Shown one piece after another: positions 50,717 through 62,925 of a DNA stretch of 64,000 nt. The notes beneath the pieces are model-generated. The model searched no databases and was not told the origin of the DNA. It saw only the letters and a program-made list of their open reading frames with translations. Origin of the DNA: a bacterium (GTDB lineage: Bacteria; UBA8248); the NCBI GenBank assembly GCA_965207065.1, contig OZ242260.1, forward strand, positions 32,001-96,000, given 5' to 3'. Made by a program: the position numbers and the translations under genes. Within the stretch, counting starts at the first letter, position 1, and every line of letters starts with the position of its first letter.

Positions 50717-51935
50717 CTGTGCATCACTCCTACTCCAATTCGTTCGTCAGGTCATGGCAATATGCATTATTAGAAAAAATATCCCGCTTCAATTGTTGTC
50801 TACGAAAATAGTGTATTTTCTTGTCAATTCCAAGCAACGGTTTGTTTTTATATGCACAAGAAGCTCTTTATCGTCTTCATACGGAGGCAGTGAAAGGCAA
50901 CTTGGGGTTGGAGGGTAGGCATCTCACCATGACGAGTAAAGCGACATTGATCGTGGCCCGCCGTTGCCGTATGTGCGATCACGATGATGACCCCAACTGA
51001 TTTTCATCTATACTCCTCCCGGTTTTTGTGTTCTGGAATCATTCCACAATCGTGGAGCGAAGGCGACGGTGTGGTTCCGGTTCATACGGCCATGGTTTCA
51101 AGTCAATGGTAGGACGTTAAGACATATAATTGATTCGGCCCTATGAAACATTTCGATATACTCATATTCGTATAGGTCTTCAAGGATGTTTTCGACTCAC
51201 AGCTAAATGGTGTCAGCCAGTACATGAGCACAGACAAATCGTTGCGAACTGAATTTTGGAGAGCAGCCCGACAGGAACGTTCCAGGATACGCGACAGTTA
51301 TAATTTGCTCGCTTTCGAGTTGATTAAATTCTGCTGAAAGCAAACCTGAATCAAAATTCACAAAAAACAAAGGGCCAATTGGACGGTCAGGAAGTTGAAA
51401 ACGCATGTTTGGTGCTGGAGCCTCGTAGTGGCGGCGACGAGCTCGGCGATGATCTTGTCGAGTTGCTGGCCGCAATGGCCCTTGTATGCAACGCAATCCT
51501 GAAAATGCAGGAGCTCAATTACCCCCAGCACTCTGAACTCAGGAACGATCTGGGTGCATTCAGAATGATGCTTAAGCACTACGTCGAACTCGAAGATGAT
51601 AAAGACCAGGTGGAGTAAACACTCCACGCCCCCTCGGCACCATTATCTGGTTATCTTGACGTCTCCAGTACATGGCATACAATCCAGCCGAGGGAGAGCT
51701 TTATTGAGCCGTATGTTCTACTTCTACCGTGTGCAGCGAGCTGAGTCGAATCAACCGGGCGGTAGCCACCCCTCTAATAGGCGTGGAGGGGTTACGCTGA
51801 GGAGGCAATGATAGAGATGGCCGCATTCATCGTGGTTGTAGGGGACACGACGTGGCTATACCGAGGTGTATGGCCGCGCATGAGGGCGCGTAGTGTTCGC
51901 AAGTTTTTGAGGGACTTTCCTGACAGATAGGAGGA

Positions 51936-52874
51936 TTGACGATGCAGATAAGATCAAATTTTGTGATTTGCGCAAGAAATATCGTTAGTGAGCAAAGATG
52001 CTCTTACTTTGGGTCTGAGCCCCGAGAAACAACCTACTTGGAAGTTCCATTTACTGCAGAACCGCATCCAAGGAAACACCAACTTAAAAAAGAAACTTGG
52101 CTGAAACGATTGATGGATCGCGCGGGAACGGGAGATATATTGATATTCGCTCATGGCTACAATAATTCTCCTATGGATGCCATGATACGTCACGATCAAC
52201 TCCAAAACATACTGTTCAGAAATGGCTTCGATGGAGTAATCGTTAGTTTTGACTGGCCCAGCTTCCATTCTGCTATGAATTACGAGGAGGCCATTGAAGA
52301 TGCGTATACTACAGCAACAAAACTATGTGAAGATGGTATAGCGATCATTAAATCTGCTTGCAAACCTCCGTCAAAGATTCATCTGCTCGGACACTCATCC
52401 GGTTGCTATGTAATAAATCAGGCTTTTGTTCAAATAAGCGATGCGAACACTGAAATTGATTGTGATGTTGATCAAATCGCGCTTATGGCTGCAGATCTGC
52501 AGATAAAATACTTAGAAAAATTAACTCCTTTAGTGTCGGTGGCTAAGCGCATTACGAATTACCAAGCGCCTTATGACGGCGTATTGTTTGTCGGAGATAT
52601 GTTTTATCAACGTGAGGATTACAGGGTGGGTCTTTGGGGGCCATCTAAAAAAGTCGCCCCGAACGTGGTCAACGTAAATACGTTACAGCATTGGGATATG
52701 TTGGAAAAAGAAGATGATTCTGATGCGGCCACGGAAGGATCACATTCTTGGTATTTTGAAGATAACACACTTGGTGATGATTTGGTTCAAGTTTTGGAAG
52801 GGAAAGAGCGTCACTTCCACACTCGCACACATGATTTTGGGGAATTGTTTTTGACTAAAAAAAGACAGACTTAA
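51936..52874 (+). CDS. DUF900 alpha/beta hydrolase
   Basis: ILIFAHGYNN, VSFDWPS, IHLLGHSSG, ALMAAD, HSWYF. Confidence 0.82.
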   Translation: MTMQIRSNFVICARNIVSEQRCSYFGSEPRETTYLEVPFTAEPHPRKHQLKKETWLKRLMDRAGTGDILIFAHGYNNSPMDAMIRHDQLQNILFRNGFDGVIVSFDWPSFHSAMNYEEAIEDAYTTATKLCEDGIAIIKSACKPPSKIHLLGHSSGCYVINQAFVQISDANTEIDCDVDQIALMAADLQIKYLEKLTPLVSVAKRITNYQAPYDGVLFVGDMFYQREDYRVGLWGPSKKVAPNVVNVNTLQHWDMLEKEDDSDAATEGSHSWYFEDNTLGDDLVQVLEGKERHFHTRTHDFGELFLTKKRQT

Positions 52875-52957
52875 TCACACTGATCGCCCAAAACGGAGGT
52901 TCAAGTCCTGTAGATGCTGGATAATTTCTTTTGGCGCATATCGGTTGAGGGCTTCAC

Positions 52958-53190
52958 CTAGACCAGCGATATCTGTCTCACCTCGTGACCTAACTTGCCG
53001 ATCTCGCGGCCCAAATAGTGTGTGCTTCCATTTGCCTCCATCGCAACCAAGCGTCGCAGTTGTGACACCAGATAACCCAGCACCTTCCCTTTCGTGAGTT
53101 TCTTTTGAAATGCGACCGAACCGTTCGACCTCGCGCCGTGGAGTTGAAATTCCTGTTTCGCCATAACAACTCCGATAATGAGGTCCTATT
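52958..53190 (-). mobile_element. IS110/IS1111-family transposase N-terminal remnant
   Basis: AKQEFQLHG...KKLTKGKV...LVAMEANGSTHYLGREIGKLGHEVRQI (degenerate DEDD/RuvC domain). Confidence 0.72.
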
Positions 53191-53880
53191 CCATGGTTCT
53201 TTTTCAGCAGGGCGGTAAGGGATGCCAGCTAGCCCCAGTGTGATGTTGCTAGGAGGGCGCATCTTCCCCATCATTTTCCGACACGGACCGACCGGGCTGC
53301 GCAGAAGTTGTAATTCGCCCGCTTCCGTTTTGATTACTTATTATAAAAAACTGATTTTCAACAAGACTTCGAATTATGTCTGTTTCCGAATGGTATCAAC
53401 GCGATAGCGGAATGTCACCGCCGTTAGAATTGCCCCAACGTCTGAAAACGGGCGAAAACATAAAAGCGCGGGGTGTAATGAAACGACGACTCTCGAACAA
53501 GAGCCTGAACCTTTTTGCCTTCTGCCTGCTCTGGTCATGGAACCGATTACGATGCTGAGTAAGCGGAATTACCTAATTCAGACCTGTTCATCCCCTCTCA
53601 GGCGGGGAGCACCGATCACCTCGACTTGATTGGGACCATGGAATGGGCTCACAAGTTTTTTCGTAGGCATCACATCGTCGAACTCGCCGGGAAATGGAAT
53701 TGGGAAGACGAATACTACTGCAGAGAATCACACTCGGCGTCTGGGACTTTCCTCTCCGTTGCCACGCGATAGTCTTGTTGGGAAATGAATTAACTGTATT
53801 TTGAAGCACAGGAACCGCATGAAAGACCCCCGATCGAACTCAAGGTTCGAAGCAGGTCGAACGCCTAAAAAACAATTTGG

Positions 53881-55086
53881 TCAAGGTGACCACGGAATGA
53901 AACGGATCAAGAGTGTCGTTATTTCAATGCCCGCATAAATCGTGAACAGATAGATGCTTACAATCAATCCGATGTTTTCCATCCGCCGCATATTCATGGG
54001 CCATGGTTTTTGCTCGTGGAACCGTTTCCATGTTTCTTTAGAAATACCCTTGCCCGCCAAGCGACGCTGACATTGATACATCCATCTACGACGACCGGCA
54101 ATAGTCGGCAAGAGGAGTGCTAAAAACAGTAATCCCAGCGCCCAAACCCCCGCCCTCTGGCCTATATCATTGCTTCCAGCCGGTTGGGACAACATTGATG
54201 CGATAGCTATACATAAGCCGGGTGCGATGGCCCATGATGCTATTTCCAGCGCTATATTCCAATTCTCGAGTCCAAAATCATTCGCTGGACGCTCGGGATC
54301 AAGTTGAATGAAATACCTGGTTCCGTTCAAGGGGAATTGATCCAGCGCAGCGAAATAGATCGTTTGCAGAAAGATTTGAAAAAGAACCAGAAATCCCAAA
54401 CCCAAAAGCAGGAATTCTTCCACCTCCAACATCGAATTAAGAGTAATTTGTGTCCACGGCGGGGGGATACGCGTAGAATCCGATGGCTGAATGGGTTTAT
54501 CAAAAAGCCACTTTACATCGAAGTCAGGATCTTGAAGTGCGAGTTCCATTTGCCTAGAGTAATCTACTTCCCCGAAATACATTAGATAGGTTTCATAATA
54601 ATCAACGGCAGCAAATATAAGTGCACATACAGCCGCCAATACAAGCAGCCAGCTGTTTCGGATTTTTTCTAGTTTCGATGTGAGCTCGCAGGCATCTACA
54701 TGGTTAATAACGCTACCGTCAAGATATGTTTTGACCACAGATGCAGAATCACTTGCTGATTGCCGCCATGCTTTCTGAAAGGGTTCCCAGGTCAACTTTA
54801 CGACGCCACCAACAATGATGATGAAAAGGGGAAATAAAACCCAATTCATCTTGTCGAAATATGATCGATACTCTGGCACCTTTTTCGATGCAATGAAAAC
54901 CAGGTGATTGTTGTCTGGCGGGCAAAGAGGGGTTTCACCAAATCCCATCCACCAAGCACAACCAAGGACAATCACAGAGTAGGCTAGAAAACACCATAGA
55001 AATATTATAAGTGGTCCCTGTTCCGGCCATATTTTCTTGAAAAGCAACCATAGATGCTTCATGCGATTTTGCCTCGATTCAACCAA
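53881..55086 (-). CDS. Multi-pass membrane protein, low GC
   Basis: 401-aa ORF with about 7 hydrophobic segments. Confidence 0.7.
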   Translation of the reverse strand: MVESRQNRMKHLWLLFKKIWPEQGPLIIFLWCFLAYSVIVLGCAWWMGFGETPLCPPDNNHLVFIASKKVPEYRSYFDKMNWVLFPLFIIIVGGVVKLTWEPFQKAWRQSASDSASVVKTYLDGSVINHVDACELTSKLEKIRNSWLLVLAAVCALIFAAVDYYETYLMYFGEVDYSRQMELALQDPDFDVKWLFDKPIQPSDSTRIPPPWTQITLNSMLEVEEFLLLGLGFLVLFQIFLQTIYFAALDQFPLNGTRYFIQLDPERPANDFGLENWNIALEIASWAIAPGLCIAIASMLSQPAGSNDIGQRAGVWALGLLFLALLLPTIAGRRRWMYQCQRRLAGKGISKETWKRFHEQKPWPMNMRRMENIGLIVSIYLFTIYAGIEITTLLIRFIPWSP

Positions 55087-55504
55087 TTGATGATGAAGTA
55101 TATCGCAATATCAGATGTGCAATAAAATTTTTTCTAAACAGTGAAAATGGATGGAGTGCCCACGAATTGACGATCAAAACCGATAATCTTTCGCGAAAGT
55201 AGAGCGAGAATTTCTGGTAGTGAACGCCTTGAGTACCCGGAAAACGCAGACCACGCTGACGGCAATACAATGCATGGCGACATTGCGGTCTGCCGGAACG
55301 GGGAAGCCGTTCTCTGAATCCGGATATGTTCAACCGAAATAGGCATGCGGGCTCGTCCCACGCGCGGGGCGCCACCCTGGTTCCTTTTTTCGCTCACACC
55401 GAAGGGTTCTGCGCCGTGATTCGATCTGCCCGGTTGGTATATGCTTTACGCAGGCGGATTTATTTGATAGAAATGCTCGGAGGACAGATCCTAAACTCCA
55501 TGGT

Positions 55505-56131
55505 ATGGTATCAATGTCGAAATCACGGACACAACGGGATCGGGCGAGCGAAATCCTGCGCAGGCGGGGAATCGTGCGCTTGTTCGAGTTCAGGGATGCC
55601 GGGATCACGGCGGCCACGATAAGCCGAATGGTCAAGGATGGCGAAGTCATAAAACTGTCACGCGGGCTATATCAGTTGCCCGATGCGCCCCTCGACGCCA
55701 ATCACAGCCTGGCCGAGGCGGCGAAGCGGGTTCCCAAGGGCGTCGTCTGTCTCGTCTCGGCGCTTGCATACCACGAGTTGACCGATCAGATTTCACGCGC
55801 GGTCTGGATGGCGATCGGCGCCAAGGACTGGGCGCCGAAGACGGGAAACCCGCCGGTACGGATCGTTCGGTTCACGGAACAGCTTCTCATGGACGATGTC
55901 GTCACCGTGCATATCGAGAACGTGCCTGTGAAAATCTTCGGCGTCGCGAAGACGATTGCCGACTGCTACCGGCATCGCCGGACGGTGGGACAGTCGGTTG
56001 CACTGGAGGGTCTTCAGGAAGCGCTTCGACAGGGAAAAGCCACCCCGGCCGCAATCACCCGGCATGCGGAGCGTGGCGGCGTGGCCACAGTGCTCCGACC
56101 CCATCTCGAGGCGCTCACCGCAAATGGCTAG
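55505..56131 (+). CDS. abiEi: AbiEi antitoxin
   Basis: KLSRGLYQL, PKGVVCLVSALAYHELTDQ, KTIADCYRHR..VG..VALEGL. Confidence 0.9.
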   Translation: MVSMSKSRTQRDRASEILRRRGIVRLFEFRDAGITAATISRMVKDGEVIKLSRGLYQLPDAPLDANHSLAEAAKRVPKGVVCLVSALAYHELTDQISRAVWMAIGAKDWAPKTGNPPVRIVRFTEQLLMDDVVTVHIENVPVKIFGVAKTIADCYRHRRTVGQSVALEGLQEALRQGKATPAAITRHAERGGVATVLRPHLEALTANG

Positions 56132-57005
56132 GGAGGTCAAAAACATCGCGGCCTCGGTTCGGACCCGTCTCCTCAGGATCAGCAAGGAGAAAGGCCTGAA
56201 CTTCGATCTGGTGCTGACGCACTATGCGATCGAGCGCTTGCTCTACCGCCTGGCGCAATCACGCTACGCCGAGCGTTTTGTTCTGAAAGGGGCGATGTTG
56301 CTGATGACGTGGTTCGACGAGCCGCTTCGCGGTACGCGTGACCTCGATCTCCTGGGTCACGGCAACCCCGCACCTTATACCGTACTCGGAGTCTTCAGAG
56401 AAGTTCTCGGTCAGGAACAGCCCGACGGCGTTCTCTTTGGCGCCAATGAGACGAGTATCGGCCGCATTCGACAAGAGAACGAGTACGGCGGTCTCCGCAT
56501 ACGGACGCCGGCCGAGGTCGGCGGCGCCCGCATCGTCGTCAACGTCGATGTCGGCTTCGGGGAAGCGACCGAACCTCCTGCCGAGTGGCTGGACTACCCC
56601 GTTCTGCTCGATATGCCGGCGCCGCGGTTGCTGGGTTACGCGAGAGAGACCGTGATTGCCGAGAAATTCCAGGCCATGGTGGCTCTGGGCCTGGCCAACA
56701 GCCGGATGAAGGACTACTACGACCTGTGGGTCATCAGCCGGACCTTTGACATTGATCGCTCGCGCCTCGCAGGGGCGATATCCGCGACTTTTGCCCGGCG
56801 GCGCACACCGATTCCGGATGCCGTTCCGGACGGGTTGTCACGCGCGTTCGCGGAAGACGTCGTCAAGCGACGACAATGGGAGGTCTTCAAGCGTGATTTA
56901 GGGGTCGACCCCGGTCCGCTCGACAGTGTTTTGGAGACGCTCGAAGCCTTCCTGATGCCAGCTGCTGTGGCCGCCCGTGAAACGGGTGGTCCGGATGGCG
57001 CTTGA
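56124..57005 (+). CDS. abiEii: AbiEii nucleotidyltransferase toxin
   Basis: YAIERLLYRL, FVLKGAMLL, RGTRDLDLLG, ETVIAEKFQAMV.LG.ANSRMKDYYD. Confidence 0.92.
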   Translation: MAREVKNIAASVRTRLLRISKEKGLNFDLVLTHYAIERLLYRLAQSRYAERFVLKGAMLLMTWFDEPLRGTRDLDLLGHGNPAPYTVLGVFREVLGQEQPDGVLFGANETSIGRIRQENEYGGLRIRTPAEVGGARIVVNVDVGFGEATEPPAEWLDYPVLLDMPAPRLLGYARETVIAEKFQAMVALGLANSRMKDYYDLWVISRTFDIDRSRLAGAISATFARRRTPIPDAVPDGLSRAFAEDVVKRRQWEVFKRDLGVDPGPLDSVLETLEAFLMPAAVAARETGGPDGA

Positions 57006-57319
57006 ACGTGCAGACACGCCGACTCAAGTCTCTTGAATGTCCGTAGCGTGGCCGAAGGAGATGTCAGTTTCAGGCCACACAGTCATGATTGGCGGAAACA
57101 GCATCGGCCAATCGAATCCATGCGAAGCCCTGGTTCTCTTGCTCGGGCCGGATCACCTGTCTCGAAGCGGCCCCGATAGACGAGCATGACTTCTTCGAGC
57201 GTTGCTGCCTCGACGGCGCGGAGCCCCCATACTCATCGAGTTGGAAGTCGCGCTGACCGATCTTGCAGAGGATGTTCTCACCAGGTTCCGGATTCACCCC
57301 GAATTGAATTTACATTCTG

Positions 57320-58114
57320 CTAAATCCACAACAATCCGAATCCCTTGGAAGGCTCGCTCATGTTCCTGGCCTGCGATCCGGAATCAGGCTTCCGGGAGTT
57401 CACCCCCAGCCGGTCGACGTCACACTCGTCTCCGGAGAACGAATGCGAACCGGACATGGGGACGGACTTTTCACCGCCACCCAGCCAATCGATATCACCG
57501 CCATCCGGCAGAGTAGGCGCGCCGGCGCTAAACCCCATCGCACGTGCGATGACGTAGGCCGCCTGCGCGGCGGCGTCCCTGAGCGCCGCGTCGTCGAGAT
57601 GGGCGTAGACGGCGGTGGTCTCGCGCCTTCGGTGTCCGAGTAGGCGGCCTACGGTGGTGAGTCCCACCCCGTTCATTACGCCCTGAGACGCCCAGGTGTG
57701 GCGCAGGTCGTGGATCCTGAGGCCGGACAATCCCGCCTCCTCCCGGACTCCGCGCCAGAACGCATGGAGCTTGTCCGTAGTCAGCTCATCCGGAAACACC
57801 CGCACGGCGCCATCGGCCCTCGGTAAGCCCCCAAGCAGTTCCGCCGCCTCGGTTCCGAGCCACAGCGTCCGCGGGCCCGTCTTGGAATCCCCGAGACGCA
57901 CACTCGCGCCGTCATTGGATAATTCCCCGATCTGCTCCCATTCGAGGTTGAGCGCTTCTGACAACCGCGCCCCGGTGAGCGTGAGGAGACGTAAGGCAGC
58001 TACCGCCCAGGGATATTCTTCCCGATGATGGTCAAGCACGACGTTCAGGCGCATCAGTTCCACGGCACTGAGACACCGGGCGATAGGTCTGCGGGGGTTC
58101 TTGATGACGTTGGC
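57320..58114 (-). pseudogene. Tyrosine integrase, N-terminally truncated by RIT fragment
   Basis: LTGARLSEAL, DSKTGPR, IHDLRHTWAS, LLGH...TAVYAH. Confidence 0.82.
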
Positions 58115-59056
58115 GAGATGCTGCCTCCCGGCACCGGAGCGGGTCGGCACATGCTGGCTCTGGCCACCTATCTCGGCCACGTCCATGTCACCAGTACCTA
58201 CTGGTATCTGGAGGCGACCCCGGTTCTGCTGCGCGGCATTGCCGAGGCGGTGGAACAGGCTCACACCAATGGAGGCGCCCGATGACCGATCTTGCCCCCC
58301 ATCTCTCCGCCTTCCTGCGGGAGTACCTTCCCAACGTACGGCAATGCAGCCGCCACACCTTGCAGGGCTACACCGAGTGCTTCCGGCTGCTCGTGGCCTA
58401 CACGGCGCAACGGGTCCGGACCCGTCCCTGCAAGCTCAAGATCGAGCACTTCACGGTGGCGTTGCTGTCGGCCTTCCTCGAGTCCCTGGAGAAGGACCGC
58501 AACAACAGTGTGGGCACACGCAATGTCCGCCTTGCCGCCATCAAGTCGTTCTTCCGTTATCTGGAATACCGTGTGCCGAACTGCCTCGACCTCGCGTTGC
58601 AGGTACGCGCCATACCGCAAAAGACCGCCAACAAGCCGCTGATCGACTGGCTCGATCAGACCGAAATGCAAGCGATCCTGGATGCCCCGGATACTGGAAA
58701 GATGGCAGGTCTGCGAGACCGGGCGATGCTGCATCTGTGCTATGCCGCCGGGCTGCGGGTGTCGGAACTGACAACGCTCACGCTCGACAGCGTGTCCGGC
58801 CCCCGACTCGGGACCCTCCGCATCCTGGGCAAGGGACGACGCGAACGGGAACTGCCCATGTGGAAGGAAACGAGGGCCGTCCTCAATCAGTGGCTCGACG
58901 CCAGGCCGTCGGTCACCAACCGATACATGTTCCTCAATGCACGGGGACGGGCGATGAGCACGGACGGCTTCGCATACCTTCTCGACAAGCATGTCACCAC
59001 GGCCGCCAAGACCGTCGCGTCGATCAAGACCAAGAGAGTGACCCCGCATGTGCTGC
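58115..59056 (+). mobile_element. Partial copy of the 1418-5134 RIT (ritB 3' end + ritC up to HVL)
   Basis: Near-identical DNA to about 3881-4822. Confidence 0.9.
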
Positions 59057-59142
59057 ACCACTATGTCGACTCCATGACTATGTCTTGTAATTCCGCTCGT
59101 TTCAGTCTTTATCGGCGAATGAGCGCGGCTGTGGCGATATAG
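58282..59142 (+). pseudogene. ritC: ritC truncated at the catalytic H-x-L-R motif
   Basis: Near-identical to 4048-5040 until PHVL, then foreign sequence. Confidence 0.85.
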
Positions 59143-59185
59143 TTCGGACTCCATCCATCAACTCGGAGAGAGGGAGGAGTCCACC

Positions 59186-60085
59186 ATGAGACATGTCATC
59201 AATCACCAAGTGGTACTGTCGCAGGCTCCGGAAGGTCCGCTTGCAACATGGCTCGGCAGGTTTGCGGACTCGGCGAGCAGACAGGGATACACCCGTTCAT
59301 CGGTCCGTCGACGGATTCTGCTGGCCGCCGGTTTCAGTCGATGGCTCGGGCGAGAAGGGATCGACCTGAGCAGCATCAACTCCGATCATCCAGGGCAGTA
59401 CCTGCGATACCGCACCCGCCGCGTACGGCTTCATCATGGTGACGCGGCTTCACTCAGGCATCTCATCGATTTTCTGCGTCTTGAGACGGTGATCCCCGCC
59501 GAGTCGATACCGCTCGGTCATGCGACCGAGGCCGAGCGTTGTGTGCTGGCCTACGAGCAATACCTGAGCGAGGCGCGTGGCCTGGCCACGGCAACAATAC
59601 TGAACTACGCGCCATTTGCGCGGGCCTTCCTTCAGTATCGCTTCGGCACGGGTCAAGTGACCTTATCGTGTCTGCGCGCCGGCGATGTCGTGGATTTCGT
59701 TCGACACGAGGCGCCGGGAATGAACAAGAAGCGCGCGAAGCTCATGACCACGGCGTTGCGCTCGTTTCTGCACTACGCGCGGTATCGTGACGAGGGAATG
59801 CCGGATTTGGCCGCCGCCGTTCCCGTCGTCGCCAACTGGTCGATGGATACCCTTCCGCGCGCGATCTCCGCCGATCAGGTTCACAGGCTATTGACCAGCA
59901 TCGATCGCACCACCTCCATGGGTCGTCGCGACTACGCCATTTTGCTGCTGTTCGCACGACTCGGACTCCGCTTGAGCGAAGTCGCCTGCCTCGAACTCGA
60001 TGACATTGACTGGCGCAACGCGACGCTGAACGTGCGCACCAAGGGAGGCATGCGCAACGATTTTACCTTGTCCCATGAGGGATAA
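59186..60085 (+). pseudogene. ritA: RitA-like recombinase of a second, different RIT, 3' truncated
   Basis: EGPLA.WL..F, RGLATAT, RRDYAILLLFARLGLRLSEV; lacks HxxR and Tyr. Confidence 0.8.
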
Positions 60086-60167
60086 GATGAGTTTCACCGC
60101 CCGTTTCTGCCCGTCCGTGAGCGGTCCCCTGCGCAGGTGCCGATCCACCATCCAGCCGCGCATCGCC
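60083..60167 (-). pseudogene. trwC: Second TrwC fragment
   Basis: AMRGWMVDRHLRRGPLTDGQKRAVKLILS, near-identical to about 5200-5285. Confidence 0.8.
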
Positions 60168-60671
60168 GCCTTGCCACGGCCTGACTACTACTATTGAACG
60201 AGATAGCCCAAGAAACGTGAGTTGGCTTCCTATCGCTCACGATGTAGCTATTTGCTTCACCGCTTTTCCTGATAAAGGATCCATACGTTATCTCAACTCT
60301 ACCCTGGAGTCGTTCATCAAAACAATCAATAGGGCTACCGTCGCGCAAAGCAGAATTATCGCTGGGCGTTCGGAAACTCTTGTACGTTCATTAACGCGGA
60401 AACGAACTTGAAAAGATTGACATGAGATTCAAAAGCGATATCATGAATATTTGGTTTTTCTGGTCGGTCCGGGAGTCGGATAACTTGGTATAATCGTTTC
60501 ACATATCTAGTCTGGAGAGTCCTTTCGGGTAAAGTCCAGGTTGCACGGCAACCTTTCGGCCAAAGACGCTTGAACATGAACACGGAACATTCCGAAGCCC
60601 GATTCAAGAATGTCTCCAACTTGCGTTGCCGGCTTCTGCGTGTTATATTTATATATAACTCGGAGGATTTC

Positions 60672-60929
60672 ATGCATACGACAAATCTGCGCAAAGTCGG
60701 TGGTTCCATCATGCTAGCCGTTCCCCCTGCCCTTCTTGACCTCCTGAAACTCGGGGTCGGCGCGAAGGTGGAAATAGACGTGGAGGACGGTCGCCTGATC
60801 GTCGAGCCCAAAGCACGTCCCGTCTATTCACTCGATGAGCTTCTCGCGCAATGCGTAGAGACCTCTACGCAGCCCGCCGAGGACCGCGCCTGGATTGAGG
60901 CCAGACCAGTTGGCAACGAGTTGTTGTAG
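60672..60929 (+). CDS. pemI: PemI/MazE (AbrB-fold) antitoxin
   Basis: GGAGG RBS; MHTTNLRKVGGSIMLAVPPA...YSLDELLAQC. Confidence 0.9.
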   Translation: MHTTNLRKVGGSIMLAVPPALLDLLKLGVGAKVEIDVEDGRLIVEPKARPVYSLDELLAQCVETSTQPAEDRAWIEARPVGNELL

Positions 60930-61261
60930 TGAAGCGGGGTGAAATCTGGCTCGTCAGCCTCGACCCCACCGCAGGCCATGAACAACAGGGTACCCGTCCG
61001 GTACTGATCGTATCCCCAGACCCGTTCAATAGACTCACCGGGACGCCCGTGGTCTTGCCGATCACATCGGGCGGCGACTTTGCGCGCAGGGCAGGCTTCG
61101 CAGTTTCTCTCTCGGGCGCGGGTACCCGAACAACCGGTGTCGTCCGTTGCGACCAGCCGAGGTCCCTTGATCTCGCTGCCCGCAACGGGGCGCGTCTCGA
61201 AACCGTTCCTGAACTTATTATGGACGAAGTGCTTGCCCGACTCGCCACCATCCTCGAATAA
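60929..61261 (+). CDS. pemK: PemK/MazF toxin
   Basis: MKRGEIWLVSLDPTAGHEQQGTRPVLIVS. Confidence 0.93.
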   Translation: MKRGEIWLVSLDPTAGHEQQGTRPVLIVSPDPFNRLTGTPVVLPITSGGDFARRAGFAVSLSGAGTRTTGVVRCDQPRSLDLAARNGARLETVPELIMDEVLARLATILE

Positions 61262-61672
61262 AAAGTGATTGTTCGTCTTCAAGGCCGGACCGCACCCTTC
61301 AGTGATTTCCCGTTTCGGGTCCCAGTTCTTGTGAATAACGCTAATTTGGGGAACTATATACGAAAGTGCCGAAGGGGGAGGTCAATAGGTGGGGTAATAT
61401 TTAAAGGCAAGCTGAAATCTCATAACTGGGGAGGAGATATTGTGGGAACAATTCATGAAGGTGATGCAGGGTTTTAATTTGAAATCCTAGCCACCGCTAG
61501 AGAAACCCCATATAGCCCCCGGCTCCGCTCGGGGGTTATTCTTCGATTTAGAAGGGAGGATTCAAATGGGTGGGCAATTAAGTATTCAAGAAACCATTAC
61601 GATTGGTCTAATCATCGGTATTGTTAGTGGTGTGTATCGCCTTTTATCATTGCTCTAATTGAGAAATGTTGA

Positions 61673-62068
61673 ATGTCACTGAAGCGGAAGGAGCAGATAA
61701 TAAAATTAAGAGAATACTTGGTGGACCAATATCAAAACTTCAAGAACGCAAGGCCACTTCCTCCAATTCCTGAATCCGATCAACAAGAAGAAATTCCAGC
61801 AAGTGTACCGTTGGAAGCATTTGCCAATAGCCTGACTGTCACTTTGGATAATTCTTTAGAGTATGACGCATACGCTCTGAAAATTGAGGAGCGTGGACAA
61901 ATAAGATTCACTTTGCAACGCTTAGAATTTATGAGAAACAAATTAAACGAATTGGGTGCCCAGAAAACTCCCCCACGTTCTGCTCAACCAGAGTTTGAGT
62001 TCTATGAAAATTTCTTTTTCGAGCCACTACGAAGACTTGAGGGACTTGATTTTCCAGCCAAGAACTAA
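61673..62068 (+). CDS. Hypothetical protein (may be frameshifted from an ATG at about 61566)
   Basis: AT-rich 131-aa ORF; upstream GGAGG + hydrophobic N-terminal segment in another frame. Confidence 0.45.
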   Translation: MSLKRKEQIIKLREYLVDQYQNFKNARPLPPIPESDQQEEIPASVPLEAFANSLTVTLDNSLEYDAYALKIEERGQIRFTLQRLEFMRNKLNELGAQKTPPRSAQPEFEFYENFFFEPLRRLEGLDFPAKN

Positions 62069-62262
62069 CACTCCATCAAGTTAAGTTTTTATTGGGGAAT
62101 ACGGGAATCAGGCCCGGTCGGGCCGCGTTCAGAGCCCCAGGTCCATCTCGATCCGCTTCCCGCGGCCGGGTTCGGGAGTCTTCGCGCGCGGCGTTTCCCG
62201 TCCGGTTTTCATGCCCGGGGATGAGGAATCTGCCAGCTCCCGCTCCGTAGTTTCGCGCTCGT

Positions 62263-62925
62263 GTCTTCCCCCGGAACCGGATACCGGGGGGGCAGGAACG
62301 CCGGATGCGCCGTCGCCTCCCGGCGAAAACAGCTTCATTTGCTTTCTTGGTGGGGTTTACGGGTGAATCCATCGTCAGGCTTCCCCGCTTCATCCCCACG
62401 AAGGCGGGAACATGAATCAGTAATTGCCTGATTTCAAATTCATCGATTCAAAAGGTTCGGCATCGAAACCATGGATCAAATGGTGCGATGATATGCTCCC
62501 TTGAAATGAGGGATGCGAAAATCCGCCAGGAGGTTTTTGGTGCTCTTGCGACAGGCAGGCGAGGACAAGAAAAGGCATACGTGGCACCGAAGAACGGTAG
62601 CCAGAGCGGAAAACTCCTGCATCTACACCGACCGCATAGCTTGATAGATGTCCACATAAGAAAGGGACCGCCCTCTCTCAATTTCAGTGGATCCTGGGAG
62701 AGAGGGACAGTCCCTTTTTCTCATATACCAAGTACATCCGAGTCGAGTAGAAAGAAGAACAGGGGCTACCCGTTGTTCCCGCTCCCGGCTCGAGGACTCA
62801 AACTCATAGCAAGGAGCGGTACTGTTTGCTTCATCACGAGGGAAACAACCAACGGGCAACCCCCTTTTTCGCTCTCCTTTTATCGCCTCAGGCCTCGGGG
62901 CTTAACCCCGGGGGCCTGAGGCGTC
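62263..62925. repeat. Non-coding repeat, copy 3
   Basis: Near-identical to 7394-8050. Confidence 0.92.
62583..62880 (-). ncRNA. Candidate structured non-coding RNA, copy 3
   Basis: As 7714-8010; one stem change (C to U on minus strand) keeps pairing as G-U. Confidence 0.5.

Noticed and set aside
53190-53330. Bridge RNA next to the IS110 remnant
   Set aside because: Element is heavily degraded and no convincing two-loop structure is visible by eye
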